DNA from: Desulfurococcales archaeon
GTDB lineage: Archaea > Thermoproteota > Thermoprotei_A > Sulfolobales > Desulfurococcaceae
DNA: 64,000 nt
Reading direction: 5' to 3'
Assembly (NCBI GenBank): GCA_027022365.1
Contig: JALVYU010000026.1
Location: 128,001-192,000 of the forward strand
A program made the position numbers and the translations under genes. Positions 40,097-49,867 of the stretch are shown in pieces; position 1 is the first letter of the stretch; the number at the start of each line of letters is the position of its first letter. The notes under the pieces were generated by a model, which saw nothing but the letters and a program-made list of their open reading frames with translations, ran no database searches and was not told where the DNA came from.

Positions 40097-40543
40097 TTAA
40101 GATGGTGTTTGTTCTTGCTCGTTATTTTCCTCTATGATTTTAAGTATTTTTTCTGCAAGTATTTCGAATCTCTTTAGATCTCTCAAAAGTTCGTTCAGAT
40201 TATCTGAGTGTTTAACTGTTACTTCTTTCTCAAGGATATTTCTCAGGGGGATCAAATATTCCTTGAGTATTCTTCTAGGGAATAGAAGTAGCTGATTCAG
40301 AGCGCTTTTTGCTTTGTATAGTTTCATTTTGCCTAGTTTAACATGATACACTAGGCCGTCATGCTCGAGCAGTCTTAGTGCTGTCGATGCTGTTGACTTA
40401 CCTATTCCTGCTTTCTCGGCTAGCTCTGTAATAGACATTTCCTTACCAGTATACAGGAGTATAGCGTATACCCTTGCCGCTGCAGGTGGATAACCAAAAT
40501 GTTCCAGTATTTTGGATATATAGAAGATAGGTGATTCCCTCAC
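40097..40543 (-). CDS. GbsR/TrmB/MarR-type wHTH transcriptional regulator
   Basis: FGYPPAAARVYAILL, SITELAEKAGIGKSTASTALRLL. Confidence 0.85.
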   Translation of the reverse strand: MRESPIFYISKILEHFGYPPAAARVYAILLYTGKEMSITELAEKAGIGKSTASTALRLLEHDGLVYHVKLGKMKLYKAKSALNQLLLFPRRILKEYLIPLRNILEKEVTVKHSDNLNELLRDLKRFEILAEKILKIIEENNEQEQTPS

Positions 40544-40609
40544 AGTCTACACCTTTGATTACTGTTTATTCTACCGGTACTAACGATTGTATCACTACTA
40601 TTTATTTTA

Positions 40610-40633
40610 TTTGTTCAGTTAAAACCGAACAAA
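40610..40633. promoter_or_regulatory. Palindromic operator candidate TTTGTTCAGTT-AA-AACCGAACAAA
   Basis: Near-perfect inverted repeat (one mismatch) in the divergent promoter region, upstream of a TATA-like AAAAGTATAAAA. Confidence 0.6.
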
Positions 40634-40700
40634 CGAAATAAACAAAAAGTATAAAAATAACTACACACTATACTATTTCAAAACAAAATCTTATCCGGAA

Positions 40701-40919
40701 GTGATGGAATTGGCTAAAATGTCCGCGAATATGACTGTTGAAATAGCCGATGAGGTTCTCGGAAAAATTGCCGAGAGCCTTGGACTAGGCAAAAGCAAAG
40801 CGCCTCAAAAAGTAGTCATAGAAGTAAAGGACATAGGCGGAAAAATAGTAATAACAGCTGAGCCCACCAAGGAATCGGTGGCCGAAGGCGGTTTAAAGCT
40901 AGAAGCCGAGAAAGAGTAA
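40701..40919 (+). CDS. Small hypothetical protein
   Basis: 72-aa ORF downstream of the TATA-like box. Confidence 0.65.
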   Translation: MMELAKMSANMTVEIADEVLGKIAESLGLGKSKAPQKVVIEVKDIGGKIVITAEPTKESVAEGGLKLEAEKE

Positions 40920-40939
40920 CAGCAACATAGTGACTTAAT

Positions 40940-41116
40940 GTGGTTAAGCTGAACATTAAGTTCGACATCGAAATTGATGACGATAAAATAATAAACACTA
41001 TTAGGAAATATGGTAAAGCAACTATTATCATAGCACAAGAGAAAAGTAACACCATAACTATAGTCCTCGAAGAAACAGGACAAATAATCGGATATGCCGA
41101 GCTAGTCTTTTTATAG
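40940..41116 (+). CDS. Small hypothetical protein (58 aa, below track cutoff), possible paralog of the upstream gene
   Basis: GTG start; MVKLNIKFDIEIDDDKIINTIRKYGKATIIIAQEKSNTITIVLEETGQIIGYAELVFL*. Confidence 0.55.
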   Translation: MVKLNIKFDIEIDDDKIINTIRKYGKATIIIAQEKSNTITIVLEETGQIIGYAELVFL

Positions 41117-41265
41117 CATACTCCAGTAGGATCCCAACACCCAGTCAGTATTGGGATCCTACTGGATCTATACCTTGCTGTTGTGCTATTTTTACAAAGG
41201 TCTTTTGATGTTTGGATATCAAGCACTATAGTTTATATATTACTTTATTCAATTTGTTAGGTTAG

Positions 41266-42837
41266 GTGAACCTAATGCTCGACTCTACGGGGCCAGGTTT
41301 GCTGGCGCCTTTGTCTGCTTTTTTGTTGATTGGCGGCGCGTTTTCAGTAATATTGCTTAAGGCTTTAAAAACTCCCAAGGTAGTGACCAGGATTTATTCT
41401 TATATTTTTGTTCTTGTTTCCCTAGCTTTTTCGCTTTGGCTTTACATCGAAACAAGCGGGGGCAATGTATTTGTATATACTGTTGGAGGCTTCCCTCCTC
41501 CTATCGGGATTGTTTACCAGGTTGACGGTTTCTCCGCCCTTCTTGGTTTGGTCATTGCGGTACTTTTTGCTGTCTTCTATCCCCTGATCGGCGTGTTATC
41601 TGATGCTAATGAGTATTTCTATGCATTGTTCTTGGGCCTGGAGGCTGGTATGCTTGGAGCGGTCTATACTGGTGACTTGTTTAATTCTTTCGTTATGCTT
41701 GAAGTACTCACGATCTCGGCTCTCGGCCTGATCGCTATGTCTAAAACCAGGGATTCCTATGTAGCGGTTTATCGCTATGGTATTCTAATGTTTATCACCG
41801 GCATCCTATACTTCTTCGCGGCTGCTTTGATGTATTTCGCGACAGGATCTTTATCTATAGGATATATTGCGGCATGGAACTATGCTCCCAGAATATTGGC
41901 TGGAAAATCAGTATATATCGGAGCAAGTATGGGTGCTGTTATAGGATTTATACTATTATTGCTAACATGGAGCCTGATAGCCGAGGAGGCCCTCGCCCCA
42001 TTGCACTTCTGGCTACCCGACGCATACAGCTCAGCACCCCCAGTTATTGCTGGTTTACTGGCTGGTGTAGGCGAGGCTGTAGGCTATTATCTCATGCTTA
42101 GATTCTACTACACAATATACGCAGGCGTGCCTTGGAGCATAGCCGTTCTCCTCAGGGTACTCGGCATAATAACCATAATCATAGGAGGGTTCGGCATCGT
42201 TTATTCTGACAGGCTACTCAAAATGATATCATATAGCGTTGTCTTGGATACAGGATATATCGCATTAGCAGTATCCATCGGTCCTCAGGGAGTGCCCGTT
42301 GTGTTATCCTATGTCATTGCACACGCTATTGTGAAGCCGCTCTTATTCATTTCCGCGGGATGGGCTAGGCAAGTTTCAGGCACAGATAAGCTTGACGGAT
42401 TATCAGGAGTGTTCAGATCGAGTAGGTTAATGCAAGTAGGATTCGTATCAGGGGCATTAGCAGTTATAGGTATTCCACCAACTATCTTGTTTGCCGCAAA
42501 ACTCGAACTATATATCAACATGTTCAACAGCCTATTGGGAGACCCGCTAATGATTATCGCAATAATAGCTGCTTTTATAGGTTCAGGCCTAGCCGCCGCC
42601 GGGTTTATCAAGGCGATATCGGCGACTATTCTATCGCCGAATAAACAGTCATTTAGCGTTAAGCCCGGTATAAAGGCATATGTACTACTGCTAACACTAG
42701 CCGTTTTCGCTTTCGGACTACTTTACCCAGCATTTCATAGCCAAGTGATAGTTCCAGCATCAAATACTCTAATCGAGCACAGAGACGCTTACATCAACGA
42801 AATATTAAAGCTCATACCACAATTAGCGGGTGGATGA
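41266..42837 (+). CDS. MrpD/MbhH-like antiporter subunit
   Basis: GGFPPPIGI, GDLFNSFVMLE, PLHFWLPDAY, HAIVK, GIPP. Confidence 0.9.
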   Translation: MNLMLDSTGPGLLAPLSAFLLIGGAFSVILLKALKTPKVVTRIYSYIFVLVSLAFSLWLYIETSGGNVFVYTVGGFPPPIGIVYQVDGFSALLGLVIAVLFAVFYPLIGVLSDANEYFYALFLGLEAGMLGAVYTGDLFNSFVMLEVLTISALGLIAMSKTRDSYVAVYRYGILMFITGILYFFAAALMYFATGSLSIGYIAAWNYAPRILAGKSVYIGASMGAVIGFILLLLTWSLIAEEALAPLHFWLPDAYSSAPPVIAGLLAGVGEAVGYYLMLRFYYTIYAGVPWSIAVLLRVLGIITIIIGGFGIVYSDRLLKMISYSVVLDTGYIALAVSIGPQGVPVVLSYVIAHAIVKPLLFISAGWARQVSGTDKLDGLSGVFRSSRLMQVGFVSGALAVIGIPPTILFAAKLELYINMFNSLLGDPLMIIAIIAAFIGSGLAAAGFIKAISATILSPNKQSFSVKPGIKAYVLLLTLAVFAFGLLYPAFHSQVIVPASNTLIEHRDAYINEILKLIPQLAGG

Positions 42838-43858
42838 CATGGGTATCCTAGAGAAGATATTCAAGTGGTCCTTCAGTAGGAGTTTGTGGATGATACACTA
42901 CTGCTCTGCATGCGGAGCCGTGGAATTCCCACCCTTAGTAATGTCCCCGGTGGACTGGGAGAGATACGGGTACATGCCCGCCCCCAGCCCGAGACAGAGT
43001 GACATCTATATTGGAATGGGGTACCTGACCAAGAAAACCGTGAAATTCTTCCTTAATATGTATAGGCAGATGCCAGAACCAAAGTTTGTAGCTGCTGGAT
43101 GCAATTGTACGGCTACAGGAGGATTATACTGGGATAGCTATGCAACATACAAGAGGCTTGATGACTTCGTCGAGGTAGAGGGATGGGTTCCTGGATGCAT
43201 GCCTATGCCTGACGACTACACTGCATTCATCGAGTACTTCAGAAGAAATCTAAAGGAGAGAGAGATCGAAAAATATGTTTCCAGAATAAAGCCCGAAGCG
43301 TTCAAGAAGATTATGGAGTGGGAAAAACTAGAGCGTGAATGGCTTAAGGAATACGAGGAAAAAATGAAGAAAGAATCTAATACACCTATTCAATACGATT
43401 TCGCCGAAACCTATCCCAAATGCTTTGAGAAGGATGAAGCCAAGGGAATATGCAAGACAAGTATCAGCTCGACTAAAGTTAGAAAGGCGCTTAAAGAATT
43501 AAAAGACAAGGGATACGTGTTATTTATCAATATTAATACCATTGATTGGCCCAAGAAAGGAGTGATTGAGATATTCTATATCGTCGAGAATCCTTCCAGC
43601 GGCGAACAAGTCTGGGTGAAAACATTTGTTCCAAGGGCTAATCCCGTGATCGATAGTGTACACGACATATATCCGATAGCCTATTACATCGAACGAGAAG
43701 TCTATGAGATGATGGGCGTAGTGTTCAGTGGGCACCCTAATCTGAAGAAATGGATACTTGAAGGAAACTGGGATGGCCCGCCACCGCTTAGGAAAGATGT
43801 AGATACTCCTAGTTTTGTCGTAAAAACGATGTATGGGGGCTACAGGTATGGGAGATAA
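42830..43858 (+). CDS. Fused NuoB/MbsJ (FeS) and NuoC/MbsK-like subunit
   Basis: CSAC, SPRQSD, GNC-like CNC, VPGCMP in the N-half; EREVYEMMGVVFSGHP, PLRKD in the C-half. Confidence 0.88.
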   Translation: MDDMGILEKIFKWSFSRSLWMIHYCSACGAVEFPPLVMSPVDWERYGYMPAPSPRQSDIYIGMGYLTKKTVKFFLNMYRQMPEPKFVAAGCNCTATGGLYWDSYATYKRLDDFVEVEGWVPGCMPMPDDYTAFIEYFRRNLKEREIEKYVSRIKPEAFKKIMEWEKLEREWLKEYEEKMKKESNTPIQYDFAETYPKCFEKDEAKGICKTSISSTKVRKALKELKDKGYVLFININTIDWPKKGVIEIFYIVENPSSGEQVWVKTFVPRANPVIDSVHDIYPIAYYIEREVYEMMGVVFSGHPNLKKWILEGNWDGPPPLRKDVDTPSFVVKTMYGGYRYGR

Positions 43859-44954
43859 GGGGAAGCTAGTACAGGTTTATTTCGGGCCGCAACATCCGGG
43901 AGCTCCCGGCAATATAGGTTACAAGCTGTGGCTAGACGGAGAAAGAATTGTTAGAGCGGAAGTTATACCTGGTTTTCTGCATCGTGGATTTGAGAAAATG
44001 ATGGAAAATCGAACGTGGGAAATGAGTATCACGCTCAGCTATAGGTTTTGTGTAGAAGATCCTGATCCCTTGGAAATAGCGTATGCCTTAGCAGTTGAGG
44101 ACTTATTTAGTGCAGAAATACCTGAAAACGCCAAGTATATTAGAATGATCCAGGCAGAGTTCTCCAGAATAGCCTCCCATATGTTCTGGATTCATTTCAT
44201 AGGTGGAAGCACAGGTCTCAGAACACCAGCATACTGGGCAGTAACTGCACGTGAGGAGATTTTAAAGTGGTTCGGATGGTATGCCGGGCATAGAGTATAC
44301 CACAATATAAGCGTTCCTGGAGGGGTAAGGTACACTCTTCCGGAGGGATTCATCGAAAGAACACTTAAAGTTCTAGACTTCGTTGAGAAAACAGTTAAGG
44401 ATGTAGAGAAAGCATTAATGCGGAACAGTATATTCAAGGCCAGAACCATTGGTATGGGTAAACTTTCCACCAAGGAAGCATTAGAACTAGGTGTAACCGG
44501 GCCCGTTCTAAGAGCTACTGGTATGCCGTATGACATAAGGAAGGCTAGGCCTTATCTAAATTATGATAAGGTAAACTTTGAAGTCCCGACAGGCTCTGCT
44601 GGAGATTCTTATGATAGATGTCGTGTAAGGTTTCAGGAGATATACCAGAGCATAAGGATCATCAGAGAAAGTTTGTCGAAACTCGACCCTAGCGAACCTT
44701 TCAGGATAAAGCTACCAATAGTTGCGCCTGCAGGTGAAGGGATCGCTAGGGTCGAGACAGCCAGGGGAGAATACTTAGTTCATATTGTTAGTACTCGTGG
44801 TAGACAACCGTATCGTGTGAGGCTTAGGAGCACATCAATGCCGTTACTCACAACTGTTGTTAACTATATCATAGAAAACGAGGAGATCACTATAGCTGAT
44901 TTCCCGGTATTACTTGCCTCGCTAGATCCATGTGCACCCGACTTAGACAGGTGA
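43848..44954 (+). CDS. NuoD/MbsL-like catalytic subunit without a complete NiFe ligand set
   Basis: FGPQHP, HRGFEK, RFCVED and DPCAPDLDR: one Cys per motif as in MbsL. Confidence 0.88.
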   Translation: MGDKGKLVQVYFGPQHPGAPGNIGYKLWLDGERIVRAEVIPGFLHRGFEKMMENRTWEMSITLSYRFCVEDPDPLEIAYALAVEDLFSAEIPENAKYIRMIQAEFSRIASHMFWIHFIGGSTGLRTPAYWAVTAREEILKWFGWYAGHRVYHNISVPGGVRYTLPEGFIERTLKVLDFVEKTVKDVEKALMRNSIFKARTIGMGKLSTKEALELGVTGPVLRATGMPYDIRKARPYLNYDKVNFEVPTGSAGDSYDRCRVRFQEIYQSIRIIRESLSKLDPSEPFRIKLPIVAPAGEGIARVETARGEYLVHIVSTRGRQPYRVRLRSTSMPLLTTVVNYIIENEEITIADFPVLLASLDPCAPDLDR

Positions 44955-44960
44955 TCTATT

Positions 44961-45458
44961 ATGGTGCTTTCAACTATAAAGAACGCAATAAAATACATGG
45001 TTAAAAAACCGTACACAAGGCAAGTGCCCCGGAAAGACGACAAGTACAGGAGCGAGAACCTGAGAGGGGCACATATCTTATACATGGATAGGTGTACTGG
45101 TTGTTCAATGTGTCAGCGGGTATGCCCGGCAGCATGTATTGATATGGTGGTCGTCGAGGGTGATTGGCCCCGTAACCATAGGAAAAGGTTTCCAAGGATA
45201 GATCATAGCAAGTGTACTTTCTGCGCGCTATGTGTCGAATACTGCCCGTTCAATGCCTTGTCAATGACTGATGCGACGGGGTTTGAATTGTTTACTACAG
45301 ATAAATCGAGGACGCTTAAGATGCCACAGGACCTAAAACCGATCGGGAAAGAAACGCTGACCAAACAGAAGCTATTAAGCAGTTACGCGCCCTCCTATGC
45401 TCTCAAGAAGTTCGTGGAGACACTGGAGGGATCTAGGAAGGTGAGCCCAAATGGTTAG
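44961..45458 (+). CDS. NuoI/MbsN-like 2x[4Fe-4S] subunit
   Basis: RGAH, CTGCSMCQRVCP, CTFCALCVEYCP. Confidence 0.92.
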   Translation: MVLSTIKNAIKYMVKKPYTRQVPRKDDKYRSENLRGAHILYMDRCTGCSMCQRVCPAACIDMVVVEGDWPRNHRKRFPRIDHSKCTFCALCVEYCPFNALSMTDATGFELFTTDKSRTLKMPQDLKPIGKETLTKQKLLSSYAPSYALKKFVETLEGSRKVSPNG

Positions 45459-45732
45459 CTATAGTGTTCTCGAAGGAGTTTTACCACTACTTTTCGGCTT
45501 GTTTACGCTAGCTATGATTATCTATTCTTTAAGAGTATTTACATCAAAGTCTGTATCGGATATGGTTTTAGCTGTTGATGCTCTAACAATTGATTTAATC
45601 ATAATATTTGTTCTCATAGGATTGTATTATAAGTCTCCGTACCTACTCATAGGCGTGATACCTCTTGCCGCATGGATTCTAATACTAGACATAGTTGTGT
45701 CTAGGTATCTTTCTAAGGGTGATAGGAAATGA
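45451..45732 (+). CDS. MrpF/MbhB-like subunit
   Basis: 3 TM, DMVLAVD motif. Confidence 0.82.
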   Translation: MVSYSVLEGVLPLLFGLFTLAMIIYSLRVFTSKSVSDMVLAVDALTIDLIIIFVLIGLYYKSPYLLIGVIPLAAWILILDIVVSRYLSKGDRK

Positions 45733-46106
45733 TTGACTGGATATTGTTTTATATAGGCTTAGCGCTCACACTGTTAGGTGGCGTAATGGATTTAATAGCC
45801 TCCATAGGATTCTTCAGGTTCAAGGATTTCTATATGAGGCTTCATGCAGCAACTATAGGAGCCATCGGCGGAGGATTTTATCCTTTGATAGGCTTAGCGT
45901 TAATAGCCCTCTCACTAGATCTTGACATCTACATTAAAGCTTACATTTCGGGCGTATGCGTTATAGCTGCGGCCCTGATAGCTTTAACTGCCCCGGCGGG
46001 CTCCCATATACTTGCGAGAGCAACTCATAGAAGCGGGGAGGTCGTGCCGAAGGTAGTTGTTGATAGAATTAAAGAAGACATGGATAAAGGTGATGGTGAG
46101 CAATGA
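45729..46106 (+). CDS. MrpG/MbhC-like subunit
   Basis: RFKDFYMRLHAA, TAPAGSHILARA. Confidence 0.9.
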   Translation: MIDWILFYIGLALTLLGGVMDLIASIGFFRFKDFYMRLHAATIGAIGGGFYPLIGLALIALSLDLDIYIKAYISGVCVIAAALIALTAPAGSHILARATHRSGEVVPKVVVDRIKEDMDKGDGEQ

Positions 46107-46351
46107 TCACACTTATAATGGGAGCTATAGCTGTAACACTAGCACTTGTTTCAGCGATACTTATTGTTAATGAAAAAGATGTTTTAAAGGCGATAGTCCT
46201 AGCCGGTGTGGAGTCGGTGTTCTTTGCTATTGCTCTAGCGATATTTCTAGCACCGGATCTACTGATAGCCTATATTGCAATAGGCCTTGGTTTGAACAGT
46301 TTACTGTTTATATATGCGCTGAAGAGGGGTGAAAGATATGAGGAGGAGTAA
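46103..46351 (+). CDS. MbhD/DUF4040-like subunit
   Basis: 3 TM, LAPDL motif. Confidence 0.82.
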   Translation: MITLIMGAIAVTLALVSAILIVNEKDVLKAIVLAGVESVFFAIALAIFLAPDLLIAYIAIGLGLNSLLFIYALKRGERYEEE

Positions 46352-47150
46352 GTCCTTCCTGGCGATCTGCCTAATAACGGCGATCTCGATTGTTCTCATA
46401 TTAGCATTTCTGTTAAATATATCTGGGCTTACAACATACGGGGTCAACGAATTAACGGGGCTAGCCAAACTATTCGTTCTAAACATCCCCGATCCTACTA
46501 AGCCCTGGTCATCGCACGCATTTGAAATAGTTACAGCTATTTTGTGGGATCAAAGAGGCCTCGACACGTACTTTGAGACAAGCGTATTATTTCTTGCGAT
46601 AGTTGCATCTGTTGCCTTACTGTCTTACTATGGAAGAAGACACGTACATGAAGGTACTGGCGACGGATACACTACTATGATTGTAAAAGTCGTAACAAAA
46701 CTTGTTGTACCAATAATCGCTGTTGTAAGCGCCTCTATAGCTATTCATGGTCATCTGACCCCTGGAGGAGGTTTTCAGGGCGGTAGCGTTTTCGTTGTTG
46801 CACCAGTTTTGATGCTCCTGGCCTACGGGAGCAGATTTTTATCGTCTAGAGGCTTCAATGAGCTAAGGCTATTAGCCATCAGAGCTTTAAGCGTGACCCT
46901 GATATTTGTTGTGGGCTTACTACCTGTTCTGTATCTCCTAACACATGGTACAGCGTATCTGTTCCAGAACACGTATAAGCCGGACTCAGCTTTTACGTAC
47001 CCGTACCTTATACCGACACCTATAGGAATGATACTGACTGCAGGCTCGATAATGATATACAATATACTCGAGTTCTTTGCTGTAGCCGCAGGCTTTACCC
47101 TAGCCATACTATTATTGACGAGGGAGTTCGAAAGAGGTGATAAGAAGTGA
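46329..47150 (+). CDS. MrpB/MbhEF-like subunit
   Basis: DQRGLDTYFE, HGHLTPGGGFQGG. Confidence 0.9.
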   Translation: MKDMRRSKSFLAICLITAISIVLILAFLLNISGLTTYGVNELTGLAKLFVLNIPDPTKPWSSHAFEIVTAILWDQRGLDTYFETSVLFLAIVASVALLSYYGRRHVHEGTGDGYTTMIVKVVTKLVVPIIAVVSASIAIHGHLTPGGGFQGGSVFVVAPVLMLLAYGSRFLSSRGFNELRLLAIRALSVTLIFVVGLLPVLYLLTHGTAYLFQNTYKPDSAFTYPYLIPTPIGMILTAGSIMIYNILEFFAVAAGFTLAILLLTREFERGDKK

Positions 47151-47557
47151 TGTCACTGGATGGTTTTCTTTGGTACTATATAGTTGTCGCGATATTGTTC
47201 ACGATTACTTGTGCGCTCTACGGCATAGCTACGAAACCACATATTATTAAGAAGCTCGTCCTACTAACCATAGTCTCTGATGCTGTCTACGTGTTGCTTG
47301 TTCTTATGGGTTACAGGATAGGGGCAACGAATCCACCAGTTGTTCCCGGCGGAGTACTCGAAAACCCGGTTTTTCCGTCCCATAAAACAATCGTGGAGTT
47401 TATGCATAAAGTAGTTGATCCTGTTCCTCAAGTACTGATCGTAACAGCTATAGTTATAGGACTCGCACAATTCGTTTTCCTCGTAACTATATCGATGCAC
47501 TTGGTGAAATCAACTGGCTCATTCGATATTAGGAGGATCGAAGGTGAAAAAGAATGA
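47147..47557 (+). CDS. MrpC/MbhG-like subunit
   Basis: VDPVPQVLIVTAIVIG. Confidence 0.9.
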   Translation: MMSLDGFLWYYIVVAILFTITCALYGIATKPHIIKKLVLLTIVSDAVYVLLVLMGYRIGATNPPVVPGGVLENPVFPSHKTIVEFMHKVVDPVPQVLIVTAIVIGLAQFVFLVTISMHLVKSTGSFDIRRIEGEKE

Positions 47558-48057
47558 GAAAAGCCGTATCGATCATAATATATGGCTTGCTAATGGCTAT
47601 TGTATATCTAGTATATACTGGAGTGTTTTCTCTAGTAGAGATCATACTATCAATAGCAATAGGATTAATTGTTGCATATATATTTGCGGGAGACATTATA
47701 ACTTATCCTTCAAAGTTCTCGCTATCAAGGATCTACCACGCTATAGCATATCTAATTAAGTACTTCACTGTCATAGAAGCCAGGGCTCACTGGAGCGTTA
47801 TGAAAATCATCCTGTCAAGAAATACGAGCCTCAAACCAGCAATTGTAAGGGTACCATTCAAAGCTAATAATCCTTACACTATAGTATTCGTCGCCAACAG
47901 CATCACTAATACCCCTGGAACAGTTGTCGTAGATATGGATGAGAATAAAAAAGCATACTATGTTCACTGGCTCACGCCGACCAGTCTAACTGATGATGAC
48001 GCATATAGGAATATTTCACTGGAATTCGAGAAGCACCTTACAAAGGTTTTCGAGTAG
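47554..48057 (+). CDS. MrpE/MbhA-like subunit
   Basis: PAIVRVP, ANSITNTPGT, YVHW. Confidence 0.9.
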   Translation: MRKAVSIIIYGLLMAIVYLVYTGVFSLVEIILSIAIGLIVAYIFAGDIITYPSKFSLSRIYHAIAYLIKYFTVIEARAHWSVMKIILSRNTSLKPAIVRVPFKANNPYTIVFVANSITNTPGTVVVDMDENKKAYYVHWLTPTSLTDDDAYRNISLEFEKHLTKVFE

Positions 48058-48066
48058 GTGGTATAA

Positions 48067-48411
48067 ATGATGAGCGTGTTCGGGTTCCTGAGCACTATAA
48101 TAGGTTTGACTGTGCTGATAGGCTTCATTATTTATATTGTCTTCTACGAGTTTTTCCAGAGGCTAATTGCGGTTAAAATACCTGCTTTGAGAGACGATGT
48201 TTCAGAAAAACCCGTCATGTGCGGCTTCGTTGTCGATGAAATAGATAGTCCGCCGGTTACGAAAATAGTTAAGGAGATCTTATATAGGGCTTGGAGGCAG
48301 GGAGCAAAGTTTGTAGAAAGGAGCGTGTCATCATATCTGAGTGACTGGTATTTTGTCTCAATAGTCTTGTTGCTCATACTGGTATTGTTATCATTCATTA
48401 TGGGGTGGTAG
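48067..48411 (+). CDS. MbhI-like two-TM subunit
   Basis: 114 aa: N-terminal TM, KPVMCG loop, amphipathic helix, SDWY plus C-terminal TM. Confidence 0.6.
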   Translation: MMSVFGFLSTIIGLTVLIGFIIYIVFYEFFQRLIAVKIPALRDDVSEKPVMCGFVVDEIDSPPVTKIVKEILYRAWRQGAKFVERSVSSYLSDWYFVSIVLLLILVLLSFIMGW

Positions 48412-49394
48412 GAATGACTGGGCAGGCAGTTACATTGTTTATTGAAGCCCTGCTTTATCCCGGCTTACTATTCACAATATTCCTCATTATATTCACACAG
48501 TGGCTTGCAAGAAAGCTTGTTGCGAGAATACAGTTTAGGCGCGGACCCATATATGCTGGTCCGGCAGGCTTTCTCCAGCCAATGGCCGATCTATTGAAGC
48601 TCGTGATGAAGAAGGACTTGATAAACAAGTACAGTATGAAGATCAGTCCTTTAATAGCGGTTGCTATCGGGATAGGTGCATTAATATCAATAACTGTAGC
48701 AACTCCAATAGCGTTTCAGCCCATATATGGAGATTACGACTTTATAGTAATACTTTATCTATTATTGATGGTTCCATTTACGCTAGCGTACTTAGCTGTC
48801 GCCCATCCAAACCCCTACACGGCTATTGGTGCCGGTAGGTTTATAGCGCAGTTGTTTTCAAGCGAGCCGGCATTCGCACTATCTCTTCTCGTACCAGTAA
48901 TAATCGCATCAAAAGAGTTCAGTGCTTCCTATTCTCTATACATGACAAGCATATATTCTGCTTACTTATGGGGTATAAGCTTCTCGAAAACACTAGCTAT
49001 GATACTCGCGGCTATTGCGGGGTTTCTCGGATTACTTGCCGTGCTGATGGTAAAGCCCTTCGATACGCCCGAAGCAGAATCAGAGCTTTATTGGGGCATA
49101 TTTACTGAGCTCGGTGGTCCTAGGCTTGCACTGGCCTTTTTCCTAAAATTTGCGGAGAAGATAGTTTATCCGTTGATCTACTCGCTTTTATTCTTGGGTG
49201 GAATATGGCCAGCGTCTCCTGACAACTGGTTGGCAGGTACAGTTGCTGTGTTATTTAAGACAATCATAGTGTTCATTGCGATAACAGTAATTGATGCTTC
49301 TCTACCTAGGTATAGGCCTGACCAAGCTGTCAAGTTTATGTGGAAATACCTATATCCCATCTCTATAATTGCAATACTACTATCGATTATTTAG
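48405..49394 (+). CDS. NuoH/MbsM-like membrane subunit
   Basis: RKLVARIQFRRGP, QPMADLLKL, PFDTPEAESEL, PRYRPDQ. Confidence 0.92.
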   Translation: MVGMTGQAVTLFIEALLYPGLLFTIFLIIFTQWLARKLVARIQFRRGPIYAGPAGFLQPMADLLKLVMKKDLINKYSMKISPLIAVAIGIGALISITVATPIAFQPIYGDYDFIVILYLLLMVPFTLAYLAVAHPNPYTAIGAGRFIAQLFSSEPAFALSLLVPVIIASKEFSASYSLYMTSIYSAYLWGISFSKTLAMILAAIAGFLGLLAVLMVKPFDTPEAESELYWGIFTELGGPRLALAFFLKFAEKIVYPLIYSLLFLGGIWPASPDNWLAGTVAVLFKTIIVFIAITVIDASLPRYRPDQAVKFMWKYLYPISIIAILLSII

Positions 49395-49867
49395 GAAGAA
49401 TCTTTTCATCAGTAAATTCGGCCTGTACCTAGTATCGACATAGTTAGTTATAGCCATGACGGCTACATGGCATGCTCTGCAATGATAACGTAATCCAGGC
49501 TACGGAAAGCACGGAAAACTGGGGTTTATAATAGAATAGTATGTTTTTGTCAACACATTGTTTCTGAAATTCATCGAATGTATATCAACAGGACTTTTTT
49601 AGGGAAAACCATATAAGCTATGCAATTTATCCAGACGATTTTATCTATACACCAAGAAGGATATACAAGAACGTTGTTAAAGTTTTTATGATAATGTTTG
49701 CGACAATGTTCTAAGCTTATATTTATCCGGGTCTAGGACGTATGCTGACAAGCACCGATAATATCCTCGAATACACTATACCTATGCTTGTTTTTCCTTA
49801 AAAACACTGGAGAGGGCAGAGGAGACGAAAGATAGCAGAAAAGATTAACAACTGAAGGGAATAAGAG

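Noticed and set aside
43848-44954. [NiFe]-hydrogenase large subunit call
   Set aside because: Both CxxC metal-binding motifs lack the second Cys
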